Source: Patescibacteria group bacterium (lineage in GTDB: Bacteria > Patescibacteriota > Patescibacteriia > GWA2-46-9). From it: a stretch of 64,000 nt of DNA. The notes below the pieces were generated by a model. The model was not told where the DNA came from, searched no databases, and was given only the letters and a program-made list of their open reading frames with translations. The position numbers were made by a program, and so were the translations under genes. Positions 48,678-56,180 of this stretch are shown in pieces. The stretch covers positions 20,863 to 84,862 of the forward strand of contig JBAYUF010000001.1 in assembly GCA_041675205.1 (NCBI GenBank), read 5' to 3'. The stretch's first letter is position 1. Each line of letters starts with the position of its first letter.

Positions 48678-50231
48678 TTGAATTTTAAGTATAGGAAGAG
48701 AAGTAAATTGGTACGATTTATGACACCACATTATTTAAATGACAAAGATCCCTGGTTACTGGGAGAGAATATTCCTGACTCAGATATTTTCTTTTTTCAA
48801 ATTGTCTTCTCGTCATTTACAAACGACAGAAGTTACTCGTTCATTAAAAAGTACAAGAAAGTAATAGCTCCGTACGATAAATTTAATATGAGTTTCTATT
48901 TTGGAGAGAGAGATTCGTATCTTGTTGCGGAGAGCGTATTAAGGGCTTTGATAGAGCGTCCAAAGTTTGCCACAGAGCTAAATCGTAATATTGTTGCCTG
49001 GTCCAAAAAACTTATGCTATTTGCGCGTAGGGTAGCAAGAAAACCTTTGCATAAATTTTCAAATACGGCATTGTGGCGGTTATATGATGAACATGATCGT
49101 GTGCATACCAAGCTATACACGTATGGATGGTTGCCAGTGTCGGTCGATATGTTTCACAACAATATGACCACTGAGCTAAAGCGACGCTTGGCAAAAGTCT
49201 GTACATCGAGTCAAGAAGTCAACGAAGCTTTTGTTTTACTTACGACTCCTTCACAAAAAACAATTATTGCCAAAGAGCGTGAAGAGTTTTTGGCGATTTA
49301 TACTAAAGCAAAACCATATCTAAGAAAGAGTGTTACTGCTGTTGCATTTCCGCTAAGCCTTCAGAGACTCTGTCGTCGACATCAGCAGCGCTGGGGGCAT
49401 CTTGGATATATTTACGCCGGTAATGTAGAGCCGTTTTCGGTGCAATATTATATTCAAGAGATGGTTGATCTTAAGCGAAGCAACATAGAGGTAAGTAGTT
49501 TATTGATAAAAGAAAAAAGCCAATTGCTGGAAGCAGTGCGTAAGCAAAAAGCATTTTATAAAAAAAATAAGATGTCTCCTGAAGATGTGCGTTTATTTGC
49601 CGCCGCGAGAGATTTTTCAATAAGTAAACTTTTTCGCCGCCACGCCCAGCTGCTTGATCTTTATCTTCTGCACAAAAGCTTATTATCAGAAATTGCTCAG
49701 CGCCTTAGCCTGACACGTTTTCAGGTCCAGTTTATGTTGAAAGACGAAATAAAGGCGGCGCTTATCAATGGCAAAGTTGATGACTCCTTGTTGTCTGAGC
49801 GTTTAAAACAGGGCGTTTATTATACGGAGCCGGGTCTTGAAACTGTTTACACGGGCCGCAAGGCACGAGTCTTGGCTAAGGCGCTTGCTAGTGTTGGCAT
49901 TGGTGAAGGGGACGAAGTTACTGGTCAAACGGCCCAACCGGGTTATGCAAAAGGTGTTGTGAAAATTATTATTCGGGCGAAGGATATCGCAAAGATGAAT
50001 AAAGGTGACATTTTGGTGTCTATCGCTACTGACCCTGATATTGTGCCAGCCATGAAAAAAGCCGGAGCGATTGTTACTGATCAGGGCGGCATAACGTCGC
50101 ATGCCGCAATTGTAAGTCGAGAGCTAAATAAGCCGTGCGTGATAGGAACTAAATATGGCAGTAAGATTTTTAAAGACGGCGATATTGTTGAAGTAGATGC
50201 AACGAACGGGATTGTAAGAAAAGTTACTTAA
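48678..50231 (+). CDS. PEP-utilizing-enzyme swivel (phospho-His) domain protein, paralog A: unknown 400-aa N-terminal domain plus C-terminal mobile His domain
   Basis: C-terminal GDILVSIATDPDIVPAMKKAGAIVTDQGGITSHAAIVSRELNKPCVIGT is the PEP-utilizers (PF00391) signature with the catalytic His. TTG start (alternative ATG at 48720). AT-rich. Confidence 0.65.
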   Translation: MNFKYRKRSKLVRFMTPHYLNDKDPWLLGENIPDSDIFFFQIVFSSFTNDRSYSFIKKYKKVIAPYDKFNMSFYFGERDSYLVAESVLRALIERPKFATELNRNIVAWSKKLMLFARRVARKPLHKFSNTALWRLYDEHDRVHTKLYTYGWLPVSVDMFHNNMTTELKRRLAKVCTSSQEVNEAFVLLTTPSQKTIIAKEREEFLAIYTKAKPYLRKSVTAVAFPLSLQRLCRRHQQRWGHLGYIYAGNVEPFSVQYYIQEMVDLKRSNIEVSSLLIKEKSQLLEAVRKQKAFYKKNKMSPEDVRLFAAARDFSISKLFRRHAQLLDLYLLHKSLLSEIAQRLSLTRFQVQFMLKDEIKAALINGKVDDSLLSERLKQGVYYTEPGLETVYTGRKARVLAKALASVGIGEGDEVTGQTAQPGYAKGVVKIIIRAKDIAKMNKGDILVSIATDPDIVPAMKKAGAIVTDQGGITSHAAIVSRELNKPCVIGTKYGSKIFKDGDIVEVDATNGIVRKVT

Positions 50232-50236
50232 ATAAT

Positions 50237-51709
50237 GTGACTCAAAAAGGAAAACAAGAGTGGATACTAGGAAACGAGGAGGAGGGCGTTAGCCCGTGGT
50301 CCTTGGGTGTTTTTACGCCAGCCTTTCGTTTTGGTGTTGCTCGTCGCGCTCAATATTCCATCCCACACTTCATTGTGTTTGAAGGTACTCATATGCGTTG
50401 GATACCTAGTAAAAAAGATACAGAACAACTCTCAGAAAGGTTATTGAAGAAACAAATAAAAAATCAAAATTACCTTACGTTTGTGAGCCATCAATCGGTC
50501 AAATCTTGTGATAGATTGTATGACTTTTCTGATAAATGTTTAGAATATAATTACAGCCCTCTTAGCAATAAAGAGTTCGCCAACTTTTTTATCAATCACG
50601 AAAAGTTAGTTAGGGATGTTCTTGGTTGGGGCGTACTCCCGGCCTTAATGGATATTCCGCGCCCGGTGCTTTCCGATTACGCTACAGAGCTGCTATCTAA
50701 AAGAATTCGCCAGTTAAAGTTAATGGATTCTTCGGCCGATTGTTTTGCCAGCTTAACTGCGGATATTGATAATAATATTCAACGGCAAGAACGGTTAGCT
50801 TTAAAACGATTGGCCGTTGTGATTTACAAAAATCAGAAAAATGTAGAGGAGCGAATAAAAAAACATATAGCCAAATTTTCTTGGGCTTACTACGGATATA
50901 TTGGGCCAATACTTAATGCTGGCCATGTAAAAAAGGAACTTAAAAGGTTGTTTAAAGAAATTAAAAAAACAGAAAAAGAATTAAAACAATTGCCACACGA
51001 AAAAAGACAAATCAAAAAAAAGCGATTGGAAATGGAACGTAAGTTAAAATTGACCACAGCCGAGCGTAAACTTTTTGAAGGAATGAGAGAAGTGATGATT
51101 ATGAAGGCTGCTCGTCGTGATGCCTTGTCTTATTCTTTTTATGCTATGCAAGGCGCACTTCAAGAGCTTGCTCGGCGGTCTGGTGTGTCAATTAATCATA
51201 TTCAAAACGTAGCTCCTTGGGAGCCGTCGTTACTGCTTCAAGGTAATTCTGATTTAAAAAAGGAATTACCAAAACGAAGTAAGATTTGTATTCTCGATGG
51301 AACTACTGTTAAACTTCGCGTTTTGTCTGGTGTCAAAGCAAAACAGTTTTTAAAGCAAAATTATAAGTCTGAAGTAGTAAAAAACAGTAAGGAGTTAAAA
51401 GGTCAGGTTGCCTGTGTAGGTATGGCTAGAGGTAAGGTAAAAATTGTTAATACGCCGTCTGACATGGTCAAGATGAAGCAAGGGGACATTCTTGTTTCTA
51501 TTGCCACCACACCGGATATTGTGAGTGCTATGCGTAAAGCGGGAGCCATTGTAACGAATACTGGGGGTATTACCTCTCATGCGGCAATTGTGTCTCGGGA
51601 GCTTAATGTTCCCTGCGTGATAGGTACGAAGTTTGCAACCCAGGTATTTAAAGATGGTGATATGGTTGACGTGGATGCAAACAAGGGAATCGTGAGACGG
51701 ATTAAATAA
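50237..51709 (+). CDS. PEP-utilizing-enzyme swivel-domain protein, paralog B
   Basis: C-terminal GDILVSIATTPDIVSAMRKAGAIVTNTGGITSHAAIVSRELNVPCVIGT. The N-terminus aligns with paralogs A and C (K.EWILGNEEEG..PW.LGVF). GTG start. Confidence 0.65.
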   Translation: MTQKGKQEWILGNEEEGVSPWSLGVFTPAFRFGVARRAQYSIPHFIVFEGTHMRWIPSKKDTEQLSERLLKKQIKNQNYLTFVSHQSVKSCDRLYDFSDKCLEYNYSPLSNKEFANFFINHEKLVRDVLGWGVLPALMDIPRPVLSDYATELLSKRIRQLKLMDSSADCFASLTADIDNNIQRQERLALKRLAVVIYKNQKNVEERIKKHIAKFSWAYYGYIGPILNAGHVKKELKRLFKEIKKTEKELKQLPHEKRQIKKKRLEMERKLKLTTAERKLFEGMREVMIMKAARRDALSYSFYAMQGALQELARRSGVSINHIQNVAPWEPSLLLQGNSDLKKELPKRSKICILDGTTVKLRVLSGVKAKQFLKQNYKSEVVKNSKELKGQVACVGMARGKVKIVNTPSDMVKMKQGDILVSIATTPDIVSAMRKAGAIVTNTGGITSHAAIVSRELNVPCVIGTKFATQVFKDGDMVDVDANKGIVRRIK

Positions 51710-51719
51710 CTAGCAGTTT

Positions 51720-53240
51720 ATGGCATCAAAAAAAGATTGGTATGTTTGGGGTGAGTGGCCAGGAATTCCCTGGTTCAATAGTTGTTATATGTACACTCTT
51801 TCGTTAGATCTTTCAAAACGTACTGGTATACCAATTACACATTTTGCGACTGATTATAAAGAAGGGGTTCAACGCGTTTATTTGTTACGGCATGAATGGG
51901 AAAATGGTGGATTTTTGTATCTCAAAAAAATTCTCAGGAATCCTAATAGTTTAATCAAAGCGTTGGAGTCTATTGAGAGTAATGCAAAGAAATTAAAAGA
52001 GTTTAATAGCGAGGTACGGAAAATTGCAGTGGAAGCTTGCACATTGAATGAGTTGGCAACATTGTGTCATCGGTTTCACAAAATTAACCATGAATTATGG
52101 TCTGCGGGGATGGTTCCCAATTTATTAGAATTAAACCAAGCGCACCTTTCGGGTTATTTGCGCGGGTATATTAACAAACAAACTAAATCAGATATTTCTG
52201 CAGATGACTGGCAAATTTTGATTACGCCAACTAAAAAGTCGGCGGCCCAACAGGAAGAACTTTCGTTACTCTTGCTTGCTAATAAGATTTCAAAGAACAT
52301 CAAGTTGAGACAGTTGTTTGAACGCAAGCAAAATGACGTTTCTGAAGCAATCGAGCTTTTACATTTTCCAAAGATTAAACAAGAAATTCGTCAGCATTAC
52401 CAGAAATATAAATGGTTACAATTTGGATGGACTGGCCCAGATTCTACTCCTGAACAACTAATCGGACGATTGGCGGCCCTACTTCACGAAGGTTATGTTT
52501 CAACCTGCCTTCAGGACAAAATTCAGGCGGAACAAGTAGTAGCAAGGAAACAAAAATCATTGCTGTCGTCGATTGGCGTTGATAGAGAACATCGACAGTT
52601 GTTACAGTTACTTCAACGAATATTATTTGTAAAGACAGTACGCATGGATGCGCTTTACGAAGGTTACTCAGCCTTTCATCCGGTAGTACAGGAGATTGCT
52701 AAGCGTTTTTCACTTTCCTTGAATCAGCTTTATATGGTGTACCTTGGTGATTTAGAACATGCGGTGAGAACAAAATCCTTTGACCATGAAAAATTAAATG
52801 CACGTTCCCGTTATTCTGCGTGTATTAAACAGAACGATCGTCTTGTATTTTACAGTGGTGAGCAAGCCCATAAGAAAATGAGCTTAATAATTTCAAGTTT
52901 ACCCAAGGTTAAAAAAACCCATACAGTTAGTGGTGAGTGTGGGTATCCGGGGAAGATCAGTGGTGTAATTAGGTTCGTTCCGACATCGAAGGATATGTAT
53001 AAAGTAAAAAAGGGAGATATTTTATTATCCCAAGCAACTGACCCGTCTTTTTTGCCGGCCATGGAAAAGGCTGCTGGCTTTGTTACGGATTTGGGTGGCT
53101 TAACAGCTCATGCCGCTATTGTCGCTCGTGAAATGAAAAAACCTTGCGTGGTTGGTACAAAAATTGCCACAAAGATTTTTAAGGATGGCGATATAGTTGA
53201 AGTGGACGCAAGTAGGGGGATTGTTAAGAGAATAAAGTAG
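51720..53240 (+). CDS. PEP-utilizing-enzyme swivel-domain protein, paralog C
   Basis: C-terminal GDILLSQATDPSFLPAMEKAAGFVTDLGGLTAHAAIVAREMKKPCVVGT. Confidence 0.65.
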   Translation: MASKKDWYVWGEWPGIPWFNSCYMYTLSLDLSKRTGIPITHFATDYKEGVQRVYLLRHEWENGGFLYLKKILRNPNSLIKALESIESNAKKLKEFNSEVRKIAVEACTLNELATLCHRFHKINHELWSAGMVPNLLELNQAHLSGYLRGYINKQTKSDISADDWQILITPTKKSAAQQEELSLLLLANKISKNIKLRQLFERKQNDVSEAIELLHFPKIKQEIRQHYQKYKWLQFGWTGPDSTPEQLIGRLAALLHEGYVSTCLQDKIQAEQVVARKQKSLLSSIGVDREHRQLLQLLQRILFVKTVRMDALYEGYSAFHPVVQEIAKRFSLSLNQLYMVYLGDLEHAVRTKSFDHEKLNARSRYSACIKQNDRLVFYSGEQAHKKMSLIISSLPKVKKTHTVSGECGYPGKISGVIRFVPTSKDMYKVKKGDILLSQATDPSFLPAMEKAAGFVTDLGGLTAHAAIVAREMKKPCVVGTKIATKIFKDGDIVEVDASRGIVKRIK

Positions 53241-53248
53241 TATTTAGT

Positions 53249-53277
53249 TTGACAAATCACTAATAAAAGGGTATAAT
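53249..53277 (+). promoter_or_regulatory. Perfect-consensus sigma70 promoter TTGACA-N17-TATAAT upstream of the histidine-phosphatase-like gene
   Basis: TTGACA aatcactaataaaaggg TATAAT, 29 nt before the ATG at 53306. Confidence 0.6.
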
Positions 53278-53305
53278 TGCTTTATTAAATTTAAATAAGA
53301 TTATT

Positions 53306-54193
53306 ATGTTTCACGAAAATTCATTTTCCGAGGCGCACAGAGAAGCAAAAGATGAAGGGAGAGAAAAAGGGAAAAATGTTTCTGTACAGTTTGTTTTTAG
53401 ACGTCATGAGGAGCCAGGAAAGACTCCAACAGGTATGTCAGCAGATTTTTTAACTGAGAAAGGAATCGCTGGTGCGAAGCAGCGTGGACATGACTTAGCA
53501 AACAGTGGTGAGTACGTAATGTTTTTTGGTAGTAAAGGTGTTCAACGGGCACGTGAGACCGCGGGGCATATGATTGGCACATTTCGTGATGAAGCAGGGG
53601 CTGCTGCACTTATTAATAAGCCAATGACAGCAGAGGATCAGCAACGTGCAGGTCATGGTGAATTACCGCCCGGAGACGTTGCTATTTATCGATCGAGTGA
53701 TCTTAATCCTGTTCCTAATTTTGCCAAAATAAATGAAGCAGCAAAAGCTGAGGGGGCAAAGACGATAGATGAGAGCGTGCAGTACTGGTTGGATAATCCT
53801 GAAAAGGCAAAAGAGTTGGCTGCGGGAACCCCAGAGGAAACGGCTGCTGAGTTGGCACACCGATTGGGTCTTGGTATAAAAATGTCGGGGAAATTATACG
53901 AAGACACGAACTTAAGAGTGGAGAATTTGACTCATGGTCCGAAGCTCGAAGCGTTACTACATGAAGTAATGATTGATGATACTGGCAAACGGGGGTTTGG
54001 CCGACTCGAAGAGATGGGAGGAATGTTTCAACCAGGTGAAGATGTAAATTTGGCAATTCATCGTAATGATGAAGGGGAACTAGATCTAGGTGGTATAGAC
54101 TTTCGTGGAAAACACTATGGTGTAGATATGGAGCGTCTTGATGAGTTGCGAGACCTTTACAGGAAAATGCAGGAAGAAAAACGTAAAAAGTAA
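53306..54193 (+). CDS. Histidine phosphatase superfamily (PGM/SixA-like branch) protein, divergent
   Basis: FVFRRHEEPGKT resembles the RHG[EQ] catalytic motif with G replaced by E. FFGSKGVQRARETAG resembles the SPLxRAxQTA motif, and a later AGHGE region is present. Confidence 0.45.
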   Translation: MFHENSFSEAHREAKDEGREKGKNVSVQFVFRRHEEPGKTPTGMSADFLTEKGIAGAKQRGHDLANSGEYVMFFGSKGVQRARETAGHMIGTFRDEAGAAALINKPMTAEDQQRAGHGELPPGDVAIYRSSDLNPVPNFAKINEAAKAEGAKTIDESVQYWLDNPEKAKELAAGTPEETAAELAHRLGLGIKMSGKLYEDTNLRVENLTHGPKLEALLHEVMIDDTGKRGFGRLEEMGGMFQPGEDVNLAIHRNDEGELDLGGIDFRGKHYGVDMERLDELRDLYRKMQEEKRKK

Positions 54194-54209
54194 CAATTAA
54201 TTTCGAATC

Positions 54210-55181
54210 ATGTTCAGTAAGGTATTTGAGGAGATAACAAAAAAAAACGTTAAAGAAGCCGGAGGCAAAGGTGCATCATTGGGTGAAATGACCCACCTTC
54301 TCCAAGGATTCGGCGGGCAAGCCCACGGAGTGGTGCCGCCGGGTTTTGTTGTTCTGGCCGGTGCCTTTGATAGATTTCTGAAAGAAACTAATCTGAATCT
54401 TAAGATTGAAGCTGTTCTCAAAAAAGTAAAATCTAAGGATTTAAATTCAGTTGAAGTTGCCTCAGAAAAAATCAGAGCTCTGATGGAACGGGAGAAAATA
54501 CCAAAAGATATTCAGGTAGAAATTAAGGAATCATATCAAACGTTGAGCAAAGGAAGGGCTATGTTTGTGGCAGTTCGCTCGTCTGCCACCGCGGAAGATT
54601 CTAAGGCTGCTTCTTGGGCAGGGGAACTCGAAACGTATTTGAACGTCACAGAGAAAAATCTCATGCAGTCGGTCATGAAATGCTGGTCGTCATTATTTAC
54701 GCCGCGAGCTATTTTTTATCGCTTTGAGAAAAAGCTTCATCGTACCCCTGTTTCAGTCGCTGTTGTGGTGCAGCAAATGGTTCAGTCTGAAGTGTCAGGC
54801 ATTGCGTTTACTGTTCATCCAGTAACAAAGGATTACAACCAAATGGTTATAGAAGCGGGGTTTGGTCTTGGTGAGGCAATTGTATCTGGGCAAGTAACGC
54901 CAGATACGTATGTCATAGACAAAAAGAAATTTGGTCTTCTTGATATCAATGTATCAACACAAAAATTTAAAATTGTGAGAGGGCCGAAAGGCAACAGTGA
55001 TAAAAAATTGAGTGAGGCCGCGGGTAGTAAACAAAAACTAACTGGTAAAGAAATTATTGAGTTAGCTAAACTGTGTGTAGCTATTGAGAAGCATTATAAA
55101 CATCCGCAAGACATCGAGTGGGCTTTTGTAAAAGGAAAATTTTACATTACGCAGTCGAGGCCGATTACGACGCTCGGTTAA
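54210..55181 (+). CDS. Stand-alone PPDK_N (PEP synthase / rifampin phosphotransferase-type ATP-binding) domain protein
   Basis: KEAGGKGASLGEMTHLL...VPPGFVVLAGAFDRFLKE and later AVRSSATAEDSKAASWAGELETYLNV match Pfam PPDK_N (PF01326). There is no fused His or PEP-binding domain. Confidence 0.75.
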   Translation: MFSKVFEEITKKNVKEAGGKGASLGEMTHLLQGFGGQAHGVVPPGFVVLAGAFDRFLKETNLNLKIEAVLKKVKSKDLNSVEVASEKIRALMEREKIPKDIQVEIKESYQTLSKGRAMFVAVRSSATAEDSKAASWAGELETYLNVTEKNLMQSVMKCWSSLFTPRAIFYRFEKKLHRTPVSVAVVVQQMVQSEVSGIAFTVHPVTKDYNQMVIEAGFGLGEAIVSGQVTPDTYVIDKKKFGLLDINVSTQKFKIVRGPKGNSDKKLSEAAGSKQKLTGKEIIELAKLCVAIEKHYKHPQDIEWAFVKGKFYITQSRPITTLG

Positions 55182-55196
55182 TTGTCAGTAAACGTT

Positions 55197-55243
55197 AACG
55201 ACCCCCTTGCTTCTCCTTGCAAGGGGGTCGTTCGTTATTTCTT
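55197..55243 (+). terminator. Rho-independent terminator after the PPDK_N gene (end of the island operon)
   Basis: AACGACCCCCTTGC-ttctcctt-GCAAGGGGGTCGTT followed by CGTTATTTCTT. Confidence 0.75.
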
Positions 55244-55268
55244 GCCAGTTGGTTGAGGCGCAGCCGTT

Positions 55269-55808
55269 TCAGCTGAGCAAGGACCACGCTTCGCGAAATT
55301 TCGCGTATTTCCCGCGATACGGTCGTTCTCTGGTCGACCGCGTGATGTAGGCACTCTTTTTCCCTGCAAGTGCATCCCAGGGTATAACGTATATCCGGTC
55401 TATGATTCGACCCTGGTTATTGGTCGGCACACAGACGAAGAAGTCGGTATACTCCTTCAGATGTTTTCTTGTTCTTCTCCTGCATGGGCCGAGGTTGAAG
55501 AAAGCGGCTTCATAGTGGTATCGGTATTCCCAGTTACCACTTTTCGTCCAACTAGACCGCTTTTTCATCCAGCCCGTTCGAACTGCTATGCGCTGAGTTC
55601 GTCCACCTACCTGGACAGTAAAATCGTAGCAGCATTGCCAGTCGCTATATCCGTAGACCTGATGGTACGAAATACCCAGGTCAGCGAACAATGTTGCCAT
55701 CCTCGCGACGGTCGCCGCGTGCACCATATGAGGTGCTTTTTTATTTTTCATCGGTGACACCCTCTTCAGTTGCTGGCCGTATCTTAGTTGATGCTCGTTT
55801 TGTGTCAA
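55269..55808 (-). CDS. Hypothetical protein (179 aa), possibly nuclease-like, next to tRNA-His
   Basis: GC-normal ORF. Weak resemblance to restriction-endonuclease-like folds (YDF...EYRYHYE...FFVCVP) is speculative. Confidence 0.35.
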   Translation of the reverse strand: MTQNEHQLRYGQQLKRVSPMKNKKAPHMVHAATVARMATLFADLGISYHQVYGYSDWQCCYDFTVQVGGRTQRIAVRTGWMKKRSSWTKSGNWEYRYHYEAAFFNLGPCRRRTRKHLKEYTDFFVCVPTNNQGRIIDRIYVIPWDALAGKKSAYITRSTRERPYRGKYAKFREAWSLLS

Positions 55809-55867
55809 TCTTTACATACTAACGCCCGAAACGTTATGATGAGCGCACTTCCAAAAGGCACTAGTGG

Positions 55868-55943
55868 GGCGGCCATGGTGTAGTGGTTAGCACAAGAGGT
55901 TGTGGACCTCTCGGTGAGGGTTCAATTCCCTCTGGCCGCCCCA
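55868..55943 (+). tRNA. tRNA-His (GTG) with encoded G-1 and CCA
   Basis: G-1 pairs with C73. Acceptor GCGGCCA/TGGCCGC, D-stem GTGT/GCAC, anticodon stem AGAGG/CCTCT with loop TTGTGGA (anticodon GTG), T-arm GAGGG-TTCAATT-CCCTC, CCA encoded. Confidence 0.85.
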
Positions 55944-56165
55944 GTGGTGCTTTTTGTACTTTAAGGACAACCCTTCGGGTTTTCCTTAATATTCCTTTCC
56001 TTCAGCAAAGGCCGTTCGTTTCTTCTTCCGCGCGACAACGAGCAGAGCTCTACGGTCGCCGTGCTCAGAAGAAACTCACTATGATTTGATAAAAGCTAGC
56101 TGAGAAAGACTTACATCGAGTAAAGAGGCGACTAGAGATTTTTTTGAATACAGGTTTGGTCAATT

Positions 56166-56174
56166 TGCTATACT
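56166..56174 (+). promoter_or_regulatory. Extended -10 TGcTATACT placed 6 nt before the ATG (leaderless), with TTGAAT at -35 (N18)
   Basis: TTGAAT-N18-(tgc)TATACT-gacggt-ATG. Confidence 0.5.
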
Positions 56175-56180
56175 GACGGT

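Noticed and set aside
55883-56089. 68-aa plus-strand ORF
   Set aside because: It begins inside tRNA-His and runs through the downstream hairpin, so it is an artefact.
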